Shown here piece after piece: positions 16,614 through 27,200 of a DNA stretch of 64,000 nt. Position 1 is the first letter of the stretch, and each line of letters starts with the position of its first letter. The notes under the pieces are model-generated. The model saw only the letters and a program-made list of their open reading frames with translations, ran no database searches and was not told where the DNA came from. The stretch is taken from NCBI GenBank assembly GCA_043803015.1, contig JAZDKK010000062.1, positions 391 to 64,390 of the forward strand. Reading direction: 5' to 3'. This DNA is from Verrucomicrobiota bacterium. GTDB taxonomy: Bacteria > Verrucomicrobiota > Kiritimatiellia > CAIQIC01 > JAGNIJ01. The position numbers and the translations under genes were made by a program.

Positions 16614-19502
16614 ATGCTCAGACCGAAACACTTGCTGGTGCTCGGCTTTCTCGTCTTCTCATCCTGCCTCGTTTTTGCTGAGCCACCACCCCTCACCCCG
16701 GATCTCCGCGCCGTGCCCGGCGAGCAGGCCACGCCCTGGCTCAGGTACCAGAACCCCGCGGCGACCAGCGTGATGGCAGCCGGATCCTGGGACGGCTGGG
16801 CCGGCCGGTACCCGATGGATAAGTCGAACGGGGTCTGGGTCCTCGACGCCCGCGTCTTCGGCGCCGCGTTCGGCCAGCACGAGTTCAAGTTCCTGCCCAA
16901 CAACGACTGGGAGGCCGGCCCGAACCGCCCGATCTACATCAACGGTGAGGGCGAGCTGGAGCGGCCATCGGACCTCATCTTCAGCGCGGCCATCGAGGCG
17001 CCGAACGAGATCGTCGTCTGGTTGCGGCGCGGCGTGTCCGCGAATGCGCCGCTGAAGGCCCGCCTCGTGCCGGAGACGCCGATCAAGGAATTGCGCTTCT
17101 CCTCGGGCCTGGAGGCCGGCGCCCTGCAGGGCTGCTTCATCGCGGGCGGGCCCGCCCGCATCGCTACGCGAAGCGTTGCGGGCGGGCTGTTCACGGTCGT
17201 GTTCGATGAGAAGACCTACGGCCTGAACCTCGAACCGGCGGCGGACCGCGTCGTCGCCGCGGGCAACTTCAACGGCTGGGACTCCAGCGGGGGCAACGGG
17301 CGCTGGCTCCTCAAGGACGACAACAACGACGGCATTTGGGAGCTGACTACCCAGCTGGCGGGGCTCCGCCAGCCGGCCGACGAGAAGGACCTTCTCTTCA
17401 AGTTCGTGATCAATGGGAACCGATGGCTGCCGCCTCCTCCGGGTGCGCTCAATGCCACGGCGGACGGCAAGGGCAACGTCAACCTGAAGATCGACCCGCA
17501 GTCCGGCGGCGGGACCAGCCTGAAGGTCGTCACCGAGAACCCCCTGGTCCTGTCACAGTCGTATGTCATTGTGCTGGAAGGTGTTGCGGATCGCCCGATC
17601 TGGTCCACGGTCACGCCCGGCGAGATCATGGAGGACCTGAAGTCCGCCAAGCAGCTGGGCGCGATCCTCGACCGGGAGCACCGCTGCACGACGTACCGGC
17701 TTTTCGCCCCGCGCGCGCGGAGCGTCCACCTCTGCCTCTTCGACACGCCGCAGTACGAGGTCCGCCAGCCCGAGTTCCGCCGCGTGGAGCCGGTCGAGCG
17801 CTACCCGCTGTGGAAGGACGAGCAGGACGGCGTCTGGGAGATCTCGCTCCTGGGGCTGGACGTCGGGAAGTACTACTCGTTCAACGTGGACGGCCCGGCG
17901 GGAAACGGCGAGGGCTTTGAACCCCTCGCGCAGATCGGAGATCCGTACGCGCGGGCCGCCGCCCACTCCCAGAACAACACCATCGTGGTGGACCCCGACG
18001 AAACCAACGCGTGGTTCGGCGGTTGGTCGGACGATTCGTACGTGGCGGTCGCACCCCAGGATGCGGTCATCTACGAGATGCACATCCGGGACCTGACGGT
18101 CCATCCGTCTGCCGGCGTGCCGCCGGAGGATGCCGGCAAGTACGAGGGCCTGATCGCCACGGAAGCCGCGGGCACGGGCCTCGGCTACCTCAAGGACCTC
18201 GGCGTCACGACCCTCGAGATCATGCCGATGGCGGAGTTCTCGAACGGCGAGGACGAGTACAACTGGGGCTACGCGCCGGTGTTCTATTTCGCGCCCGAGG
18301 CGTCCTACGCCAAGCGCCCCCTGAAGGGCTCGCAATACTTTGAATTCAAACGACTTGTGAACGAGCTCCACCGGATGGGCTTCGGCGTAATCCTCGACGT
18401 GGTCTTCAACCACGTCGGGTCGCCGAACATCTTCCACCTGATGGACAAGAAGTACTTCTTCCGGCTGAACCCGGATTTCTCGTACAGCAATTTCAGCGGG
18501 TGCGGGAACGATTTCAAGACCGAGTCCCCGATGGCGCGCCGGCTGATCGTGGACAACATCGTGTACTGGATGAAGGAGTTCCACGTGGACGGGTTCCGCT
18601 TCGACCTGGCGGAGCTGATCGACATGGACACGATGCTCGCGCTCCGCGACGCGGCGCGCGCGGTGAACACGAACGTGATCCTGGTCTCCGAGCCGTGGAG
18701 TTTCCGGGGCGAGAACAAGCACCAGCTCAAGGGCACCGGGTGGTCCGCGTGGAACAACGACTTCCGCTACGCGGCGAAGGACTTCGTCATGGGCCGACGC
18801 AACCGGGAGTGGCTGCAGAAGAACATCTTCGGGTCCGTGGACACGTGGGCATCCGACCCGCTGCAGCCGGTCAACTACCTCGAGAGCCACGACGACATGG
18901 CCCTGGCGGACGAGCTCTGCACGCGGCCGGACCGCGACGGGCGGAGCCTCCAGGACATGGACGTGGCCGTGAACCGGCTGGCCGCGACGGTGCTGTTCAC
19001 GTCGCTGGGCATCCCGATGATCTCGGAGGGGCAGGAGTTCATCCGGAGCAAGTGGGGATTGGGGAACACGTACAACAAGGGCGACGAGGTGAACGCCATC
19101 CGCTGGACGGACCGCGAACGGCCGAAGGCGGCCGAGGCCCTGGCGTACTACAAGGGCCTGATCCAGCTCCGCCGGAGCCCGCAGGGCGCAGCGTTCCGTG
19201 TGGCGAAGCGTCCGCCGGCAAGCTATTACCAATGGATCCTGCCGCCCGATGCCCAGACGCTGGCCTACATCGTGAACGCGCCGCGCATCCACGACGGCAG
19301 CGGCTTCGTCGTCCTGCTGAACGCGAGCGGAACGACGTTTACCTTCACCGTTCCCCTGCCCGCCGGCCGCTGGCGTTTGATTGGCGACGGCGAGCGGATC
19401 GATCCGGCCGGCCTCCCGGACACGCCCGTCGCCGAAGGCCCGCAACAGATGACGATCCAGGTCCCCGGCCTCCGCGCGTTCATCCTGATGGACGGGTTCT
19501 AA
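16614..19502 (+). CDS. Pullulanase / glycogen-debranching type GH13 enzyme with N-terminal glycogen-binding (CBM48/AMPK-beta-like) modules
   Basis: GH13 conserved regions: VILDVVFNHVG, DGFRFDLAELID, LVSEPWS, NYLESHDD, plus YNWGYAPVFYFAPEASYA. I prefer the start at ATG 16614 (MLRPKHLLVLGFLVFSSCLVFA signal) over the track start at 16578. Confidence 0.88.
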   Translation: MLRPKHLLVLGFLVFSSCLVFAEPPPLTPDLRAVPGEQATPWLRYQNPAATSVMAAGSWDGWAGRYPMDKSNGVWVLDARVFGAAFGQHEFKFLPNNDWEAGPNRPIYINGEGELERPSDLIFSAAIEAPNEIVVWLRRGVSANAPLKARLVPETPIKELRFSSGLEAGALQGCFIAGGPARIATRSVAGGLFTVVFDEKTYGLNLEPAADRVVAAGNFNGWDSSGGNGRWLLKDDNNDGIWELTTQLAGLRQPADEKDLLFKFVINGNRWLPPPPGALNATADGKGNVNLKIDPQSGGGTSLKVVTENPLVLSQSYVIVLEGVADRPIWSTVTPGEIMEDLKSAKQLGAILDREHRCTTYRLFAPRARSVHLCLFDTPQYEVRQPEFRRVEPVERYPLWKDEQDGVWEISLLGLDVGKYYSFNVDGPAGNGEGFEPLAQIGDPYARAAAHSQNNTIVVDPDETNAWFGGWSDDSYVAVAPQDAVIYEMHIRDLTVHPSAGVPPEDAGKYEGLIATEAAGTGLGYLKDLGVTTLEIMPMAEFSNGEDEYNWGYAPVFYFAPEASYAKRPLKGSQYFEFKRLVNELHRMGFGVILDVVFNHVGSPNIFHLMDKKYFFRLNPDFSYSNFSGCGNDFKTESPMARRLIVDNIVYWMKEFHVDGFRFDLAELIDMDTMLALRDAARAVNTNVILVSEPWSFRGENKHQLKGTGWSAWNNDFRYAAKDFVMGRRNREWLQKNIFGSVDTWASDPLQPVNYLESHDDMALADELCTRPDRDGRSLQDMDVAVNRLAATVLFTSLGIPMISEGQEFIRSKWGLGNTYNKGDEVNAIRWTDRERPKAAEALAYYKGLIQLRRSPQGAAFRVAKRPPASYYQWILPPDAQTLAYIVNAPRIHDGSGFVVLLNASGTTFTFTVPLPAGRWRLIGDGERIDPAGLPDTPVAEGPQQMTIQVPGLRAFILMDGF

Positions 19503-19987
19503 CCCACCCCTCCCGTCCCCTCCGTTGGAGGGGACACCCGTTTCCTCATCCCCTCCTCCGGAGGGGCTTGTCTCGGCGAAGCTCGTAGAGCGAAGCCGGA
19601 TGGCCGCAGGCCGGGGTGGGTTCTCTGCCGTTCCTCAATCCAGTCCCTGATCCGTTGGAGTACCGCCTGACGATCCTCCTTCACTTCACAATCCCAGAAG
19701 CGAAGAACACGGACACCCAGCGACTCGAGTGCCTGTTGCCGATCCAGGTCCTGCTCTTCCTTCAGGTTGTGGCTCCATCCGTCCACCTCGATGGCCAGCT
19801 GCAGATCCTTGCAGTAGAAATCCACAATGAATCCGCCAATCGGCCGCTGCCGGTCGAAATCGTATCCGCACAGCTTCCGGCCCTTGATCTCCTTCCAGAG
19901 AAGAACTTCCGCGAGGGTCATGTGGGCGCGAAGTTCGCGCGCGCGTTCTACGAGGAATGGAGCATATGGAATGATCCGGCGCCTCAC
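19499..19987 (-). CDS. DUF559 (Vsr-like endonuclease fold) domain protein, with its C-terminal tail read through the REP-like element
   Basis: ARELRAHMTLAEVLLWKEIKGRKLCGYDFDRQRPIGGFIVDFYCKDLQLAIEVDGWSH matches the DUF559 pattern. GTG start at 19987. The last 40 or so aa (RTHPGLRPSG...PTEGTGGVG) are encoded by element copy B and are probably not native. Confidence 0.75.
   Translation of the reverse strand: MRRRIIPYAPFLVERARELRAHMTLAEVLLWKEIKGRKLCGYDFDRQRPIGGFIVDFYCKDLQLAIEVDGWSHNLKEEQDLDRQQALESLGVRVLRFWDCEVKEDRQAVLQRIRDWIEERQRTHPGLRPSGFALRASPRQAPPEEGMRKRVSPPTEGTGGVG
19502..19621 (+). repeat. REP/MITE-like element, copy B (120 bp)
   Basis: acccacccctcccgtcccctccgttggagggg ... cccctcctccggagggg ... 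ctcGTAGagcgaagccgg ... ggggtgggt. It starts on the last base of the pullulanase TAA stop. It also encodes the C-terminal tail of the DUF559 ORF on the opposite strand. Confidence 0.8.
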
Positions 19988-20060
19988 ATCCTTAGGAAGG
20001 TTTGACCGAAGGCTTTTTCCGGATCTTTCTTCGTGCTGGTGAAAGAAAGGGCCGTAAGGA

Positions 20061-20143
20061 ACCCACCCCTCCCGTCCCCTCCGGTGGAGGGGACCCCCCG
20101 ATTCCGTCCCCTCCTCTGGAGGGGTGCCGGAGGCGGGGTGGGT
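20061..20143 (+). repeat. REP/MITE-like element, copy C (83 bp, lacks the GTAG module)
   Basis: acccacccctcccgtcccctccggtggagggg ... cccctcctctggagggg ... ggggtgggt. Its last base overlaps the TGA stop (20145..20143) of the DUF11 gene. Confidence 0.8.
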
Positions 20144-21273
20144 CAGCGCATCCCCACCTTCACCCGGTACACGCGGCCGCCGTTGGGCGGCGGACCGCCC
20201 GTGGTGTTAACGCTCTCGTTGTCCAGGAAGACGTGGTTCGTCGGGTTCAGCGCGGTTTCGATCCACACGCCGTAGTTCGTGTTGGCGAACGCGGACCACG
20301 GCGCGTTGTTCGAGAGCCTCTGATCGGTGAAGTACATGGTGTACTTCCGGTTCGGCACGGTCCAGACCGTGACCTGGTGGTTCGACTGGCCCTGCGGCGT
20401 CACCACGCTCCGCACGCGGAAGACCGAGGTCGAGCTGGCCGGCTCCGTGCCGGAAACATACTCGAAGTAGTTGTTCGCGCCGTCGCCGTCGTAGTCGCCC
20501 GTCGGCGTGTTGGTCAGCGACCCTAGCTTGGTCCACTCCCAGCCGTCGCCCATGCCGTCCGTGTCCCAGTCGAAGGGGACCATGATGGTCGTGGTGTTCG
20601 TCGTGATGCTGTTGGTCTCGCCCTGCTGGTCGTTGGCGACGAAGACCACGAGGTTGGTCGTGTTCGTGGCGCTGGCCGGCGCCGTCCACGTGAAGTTCGT
20701 GCCGTCGAACGTGGAGCCCGAGGGCTTGGTGGGGTTGGTGAGGAGCACCGGGTCGCGGTTGTTGTCCGTCACCTCCACGACGAAACTCGTCGTGGCCCCG
20801 ACGGGCAGGACAAAGGGGCCCGGCGGGTTGAACGTGATCACCGGCGCGTGGTTGACCTGGAGCACCGTGGTCGTCGTCGCGGTGCGGTCGTTGCCCGTTT
20901 GCGTGTCGCCCGTGATGCTGACGTCGTTCGTGATGGTCCCGTCGAGGGTCGGCGAGACGACGATGGTGACGGCGGCCGTGGCCCCCTTGGACAGGTTGCC
21001 GAGGTTGCAGGTCACGATATCGGCCACCTGGCTGTACGTCCCCTGGCTGAGCGAGCACGACACGAAGTTCGCCGCGGCCGGCATGACGTCCGTGACGACC
21101 GCGTTCGTCACCGTGTCGGGGCCGACGTTCGTGACGGCGATGGCATAGGTCAGGTTCTTGCCAACCCTCACCGGGTCCGGGCTGTCCGCGACGCTGATCA
21201 GCGCGTCCGACGTGGCCGGGCACACCCCTCGCGAGAGGAGCACCAGCATGGCTATGGAAAGGAGTTTCTTCAT
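20143..21273 (-). CDS. Secreted DUF11 (conserved repeat domain) protein with an Ig-like middle region and a C-terminal domain ending RVYRVKVGMR
   Basis: I prefer the start at ATG 21273 (MKKLLSIAMLVLLSRGVCPA signal). DUF11 signature: VGKNLTYAIAVTNVGPDTVTNAVVTDVMP. Its ATG overlaps the TGA of the upstream giant gene (ATGA at 21273..21270). Confidence 0.8.
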   Translation of the reverse strand: MKKLLSIAMLVLLSRGVCPATSDALISVADSPDPVRVGKNLTYAIAVTNVGPDTVTNAVVTDVMPAAANFVSCSLSQGTYSQVADIVTCNLGNLSKGATAAVTIVVSPTLDGTITNDVSITGDTQTGNDRTATTTTVLQVNHAPVITFNPPGPFVLPVGATTSFVVEVTDNNRDPVLLTNPTKPSGSTFDGTNFTWTAPASATNTTNLVVFVANDQQGETNSITTNTTTIMVPFDWDTDGMGDGWEWTKLGSLTNTPTGDYDGDGANNYFEYVSGTEPASSTSVFRVRSVVTPQGQSNHQVTVWTVPNRKYTMYFTDQRLSNNAPWSAFANTNYGVWIETALNPTNHVFLDNESVNTTGGPPPNGGRVYRVKVGMR

Positions 21274-24200
21274 GGTCCCTTCTCCCATCGCACGTAGTCA
21301 ATGTAGAAGGCATGGTCGATGGTCGGGTCCGTCCCCATGAACGGGCTTCTGATGTTCGACAGGGCCACGCCGGCAAAGTTGGTGATGGGGATCACCTTGT
21401 GCTGCCACTCGGCCGCGCCGAGACTGTTGGTTGTCGGGTTGTACCACGCCCCGATGGCCGTGTTCGTGACGCCGCCGGCGACGCTCTGGATCTCCACCTT
21501 GGTGTACCCGGAAGACTTGAGGAAGAACTTCAGGTACCCGTTCCCGTAGTCCGACAGGTCAACCGTTGTGTTGTTCGTGTAGAAGACCCCCCACCCTGAC
21601 CAGTTGACGCAGTACGACCTGAAGCAGCGCGCGCCCTCGGGCGGACTCGGGTCGCCAGGGTACTGGCCGTTGAAGCTGTTCCCCTGCTTGAGAACCACGT
21701 CGTCGAAGTCGGCCACGCTCACACCGGCGGAGCCGGGCTTCTGGACGACCAGCTCGAGCCGGACGTAGGCCGAGTTGACCGTCGCCGTGGTGTCCGGGAT
21801 CGAGCACTGGGTCCAGCCCTGCGCAGCGGTTGTGACGCGCACGGCCGACGTCACGCTCGACAGCAGCGTGTCCCACCCGTCGTAGAAGCTCATGCGCACG
21901 AACGCTTCGGAGCCGGAGACCCACCCCTGGCCGGAGGGCTGGCGGACCCAGGCCTCGGCCTGGAAGACGTCCTCGCCGACGGCCGGGTGCTCCTGGTACG
22001 GCGCGCACCAGACCGACCCGGTTTCGGTCCCGGTCTTGTTCCTGAGGCCGGCGGCGCCGGTGTAGAGTGCGGCCGTCGTGCACTGCGCCGTGGCGCTGCC
22101 GCCGGCCGTGGCCGGCTTCCAGAACCCGGCGTTCGGGAACGTGCCGTTCGCGGTGCTCTGCTCGAACCCCCCGTCGTTGGTCGCCGGGCTCACGTGGCTG
22201 AAGTACGCGACGTCCTTCCACACGTAAATGTCGCTGCCCTGCGGGATGCCCTCGTCCGAGTAGAACATCTTGCTTTCGATTCCGGGCGTGACGTTCGTGG
22301 AGCGCGTCCAGCTGACATCATCCACCAGGTACGTGGCGCCGGTCGTCGAGCTGATCGAGAACAGGCCGTACACTTGCGAAAGGTTGACGCCGCCGAAGTT
22401 CGTGATCGGCAGCTGGAACTCCTGCCAGACACCGGCCGTGGACGCCACCGAGTTGGTCCGCGAGGTGCCCTGCGGCCCTTCCAGCTGGACCTTGAGCGCG
22501 TTGGTGCTCTTGAGCCAGAACCGGAGGAAGCCGTTGGAGTAGGCCGCCATGTCGAGCGTGTTGGTCTTGAAGACGCCCCACTTCGACCACGTCCCGGAGG
22601 AGGCCCGGTAGCAGGTGCTGCCTTCGGGCGGCGTGTCGCCCAGGTACGCCGGCTCGAACGTCGCCGCCCCGCCGGACCACGTCAGGTTCGTGCAGCCCAC
22701 CGGGATGCCGAAGTCGCGGTACACGCGGTACACGCCGCGGACCCAGCGGATGTGGTCCACGTAGAACGTGTTGAGCCCGTACACGGTGAAGGCGCCCAGG
22801 CCCATGATCTTCGAGAGGTTGACGACGCTGCTGAACGTGGTGATCGGGATTGAGATTTCCTTCCACTGGTTGGTGGTGGACGGCACGGTCGTATTCTTCT
22901 TGGTGCCCTGCGGCCCTTCCAGCTCGACATAGACGGTGGTGGAGCTCTTGAGCCAGAACTTCAGGAACCCGTCCGCGTACGCCGAGAGGTCCACCGTCGT
23001 ATTCGTGTAGAAGACGCCGTAGCCAATGGAGCTGGCCGTCGTGGCGTAGATGCATTTCACCCCTTCGGGTGTCGTGATGCCGGTGTAGTTGCCGTCGACG
23101 CTGCCCGAGCCCCATATCCACAAGTTGCAGCCCAGCGGCAGGCCCAGGTCGGAATACGCCGTGAACTCCTCGCCCGGCGGCGGGGTCACGATGATGGTCG
23201 TTTCGGGTCCGACCGGCAAGCCCTGCGCGTTGAACCGGAAGGTGTCGTCCAGGCCGACGCGCTCCAGGAGCGGGTTCAAGGATCCGGTCGGATGCATGTA
23301 CGACACCCACAGGAAGTTGTTGCCGGAGGGCATGGCGCCGGGGAGCGTCACCGGGAACCAGCCGGTGCCGGTCTTGTTCGTGACGGTGAAGACCTGGCTC
23401 ACGTAGCTCGTGCCGACGTACGGGTCCTCGAGCCCGATGGTCAAGGCCTCCGGCACCTGGTCGAGGTTCTCCCACTCCACGGGGACCTGCACGGTCTGGC
23501 CGGAGTGCATATTGGTCGGGAACGCGGGGTTCTCGACCATCAGCCGCGGCGCGAAGTAGACCGCCGTGTTGGAGTACGAGTGCGCGTCGCCGCCGCGCAG
23601 GTAGAAGTACCACTCGTACTGCGCCCCGAGCGTCGAGCCCTCGTGCTCCCAGCTGCCCGGGTCGTAGTCGGGCACGAACGGCCAGAACGCGTTGGTCGGG
23701 ATGTACACGCCGGTGACCGCCTGGGTCACCAAGCCGTACTGCTCGTCCGCGACGCGGAAGTTGTCCCACTCCGTGTAGCCCTGGTAGTAGGAGCTCAGGA
23801 AGCCGACCGACGCGGAGGTCAAGTTGGTCACCTCGATCGGCTCGTCCATGAACACCACGCGGTCGTTCACGAAGAGGTCGCTCCGGAGGTACGGGTCGCC
23901 GTCGCGGACATTGAGCCGCACGTGCTGCCAGGCTCCGGTCGAGACCAGGTTGGTGTAGTAGAGGTACACGTTCGTGTCGTTCCAGCCGCAGAGTTGGGGA
24001 TTCACGTAGAGCACGCGGCCCGCGTACACGATGCCGCCGTTCGTGGCGCCGTTCATGAAGCGCGTGGTGTACTCGATCGTCACGTTGCGCCCCGTCACGT
24101 TGAGCCCGTCGCGCGTGATGTACGCGTAGCCGCCCGTGCTGACGACCGTCGCGCGCAGGGCGCCGTTGCTCACGGTCCACGAGATGTTCGGGTTCGCCGC

Positions 24201-27200
24201 GATCGTCCAGCCGGAGTAGTTGCCGTCGTTGAAGTTGTCCTCGCTGGTGAGGCCTTCCCTGTCCTTGAGCCCGTACTCGCCGATGTAGTTGCTGCTCCCC
24301 GCGTTCCAGGCCACCCACAGGTCCCACTCCCGGCCGGCGAACACCTTGTTGCCCACCCCGATGATCTGGAGGCCGATGCCCGGGATGCTGACGAACTTGC
24401 CCGGCCCGTCATTGATGGACGTGTAGAACCCGGCGTGCGCGCCCCACGGGTAGCCGGCATCCCACGGGTAATTGAAGATCGCCCAGTACAGGTTGGTGCC
24501 GGTCATGATCCCGTCGGTAGGCAGGCTGAAGAACACGTTCGTGCTCCCGGTTCCGCCGAGGACCCAGGCCATCCCCTGGGCTACGACGAAGTCGTAGTTC
24601 CCCCCGGCCGGGGTCTGGCACTTCAGCTGGACCAGCACGCGGTGCGCCTCGCCGCGCGTCCACTCGAACGCCCGCCGCGCGAGCTGGCGGCACGCGTTGG
24701 TCAGCTGGCCCTGCGTGTCCACCGGGAAGTTGAAGCAGAAGGCCTTGGACGGCGACCAGACGTCCGGCCCGGTCAGGTTGCAGAGCGCGGCCGGGATGCT
24801 GCTCGACCCGTTGTCCGCCGTGACCACCGCGGTGGCGCTCGTTACGGTCGTCCAGTCGGTGCCCGTACCGGCCGCCGTCAGCTGGGCGCCGGGCGCGTAG
24901 TCCAGCGCCACGTAGTGGTCGCTCGTCCCGACCGTCAATCGGTTCAGGCCCGAGATCGTGGTGACCGCCGGCGCGACGCCGAAGATGCTCTCGATCCGGC
25001 CGAGGTCGTCCTGGCCGGCCTCATTCTTGCGGGCGATGCCGCCGTCCGTGGCGATTACGTTGTAGGTGCCGCCGTGGACCCACGTGATCACGTTCGACAC
25101 CTCGGTGTCGCTCATGACGAACGTGCTCGGCAGGATCACGGTCCCGTAGAACGTGCGCAGGTAGCCCCAGTCGAGGTTCAGCGGGTGGCCGAGCGTGCCG
25201 CCGCCCGGGTTCTCCGCCGACCAGTAGCTGTACTCGTCGTCGTCGATGAAGAAGTAGCCTTTCTGCGGCTCCCAGATGCCGAGCTGCCCGGCCGTGGTGC
25301 CGATGGCGATGCGCCCCGACGTGTACGGGAAGCTCGCGGGCGAGCCGAAGGAGCCGACGTTCTTTCCGTCGAGGTACACGGTGTAGTTCGTGCCCTGCGC
25401 ATCCACCTTGAGGTTGTACCACGTGTTCTCGGCGGGCTGGTTCGTCTTCGAGAACTCGTAGATCCAGCCCTGCGTCACGTTGTTGGTGTCCACGCGCACG
25501 ATGTACTTCAGCCGCCAGAACCCGTAGAAGTTCTGGATCAGGACCTTCACGAAGTTGTCGCGGTTCTGGTAGCGGAGGTAGAGCTCCGCGTTGTTCAGGT
25601 ACGGCCCCTGGCGGTTGTAGCGGATGTTGGCCTCGACGGCGTAGTTGGTCCAGGCCGGGTCGCCGGCGGCCAGGATGTTGTCGTCGTTGCCGATGCGCCA
25701 GGCGCGGAGCGCCCCGCCTTCCACCGTCCAGTTCGCCGCGCCGGCGGCGCGCGTCCAGCCCGTGCCCAGCCCGCCGTTGAACGGCTCGAACAGCAGGACG
25801 CCGCTGGCCACGATCCGGACGTTGAGGTTGTCCAGATACCAGCCCCGGTAGCTGTTGTAGAGGCCGTCCACGCTGTCGAAGAAGAACTTGATCTTGATCT
25901 GGCGGCCGACAAACGGGCTCAGGTCGCAGCTCTGCATGGTCCACTGCTTGTTCGGGCCGGACACCTGGAGCACCTGCGTCCAGTTGGTGCCGTCGGTCGA
26001 GGCATAGACCAGCTTCTTGTCCCACGAGATGCCGGTGTCTTCCGTCTCGTACCAGCTTTGGAAGGAGAGCGTGGCGCTCTCGGCGGTCGTGAGATCGATC
26101 CACGGCGTGACGAGCGCGCCGGAGTTGCGGGCGCCGGTGTTGTAGTTCGACCCGTTGTTGTACGCCCAGCTGTGCGTCGGGCCGGCGTAAAGGTCACCCG
26201 CCTGGTGCCAGAGCCCCGCGGCGCTCCAGCCGTTGGTCCCCGCCTCCACGGCGTCGGAGAAGACGGACATGCCCGCGCTGCTGACCGTGGTGATCTTGAC
26301 GTCGTCCACGTACCAGCCCTCGAACTGGTTCGCGAGGCCGTCCACGGTGTCGAAGAAGAAGCGGAGCTTGATGCGCTGGCCGGAGTAGGCGCCCAGGTCG
26401 AGCGCCTGCGCGGTCCACTGCTGGTTGGACCCCGACACCTGGCCGACCTGCGCCCAGTTCGTGCCGTCCGCGGAGACGTACACGAGCTTGCGGTCCCAGG
26501 TCGTCCCGGTGTCCTCGGTCCGATACCAGCTCTTGAACGCCAGCGTGGCGCGCGATATGCCGGTGAGGTCGATCCAGCGGGAGACGAGCGACCCGGAACT
26601 GCGGACGCCCGTGTTGTAGTTCGAGCCGTTGTTGTAGACCCAGCTCTTCGTCCCGCTTGCCGCCCGGTTCGTCGCCAGCCGCCACAGGCCGTCGCCCACC
26701 CAGTTCGTGGTCGACTCCATGGTGTCCGCGAAGAGCTCCACGGGGGTCCCGCTGAGGGCGGCGACCTTGACGTCGTCCACGTACCAGCCCTTGAAGGTGT
26801 TGTAGAGGGCGTCCATGGTGTCGAAGAGGAACCGCAGCTTGATGCGCTGGCCGGCGTACGTGCCCAGATCGTACGAGGCGGTCGTCCACTGCTTGTTGGG
26901 CCCCGAGACCTGCAGGAGCTGCGTCCAGTTCGTGCCGTCCACGGAGGCGTAGACCAGCTTCCGGTCCCAGCTCGTCCCCGTGTCCTCGGTCTCGTACCAG
27001 CTCTTGAAGCTGAGCGTGGCGCCCGCGACGGCCGTCAGGTCGATCCAACGCGTTTCCAGCGTGCCGCTGTTCCGCACGCCGGTGTTGTAGTTGGTGCCGT
27101 TGTTGTACGCCCAGCTGTGCGTGGGGCTGGACGAGAGATCGGTCGCCAGGTGCCACAGGCCGCTCGTCGTCCAGTTCGTGAGCGTGCCTTCCAGGTCGTC

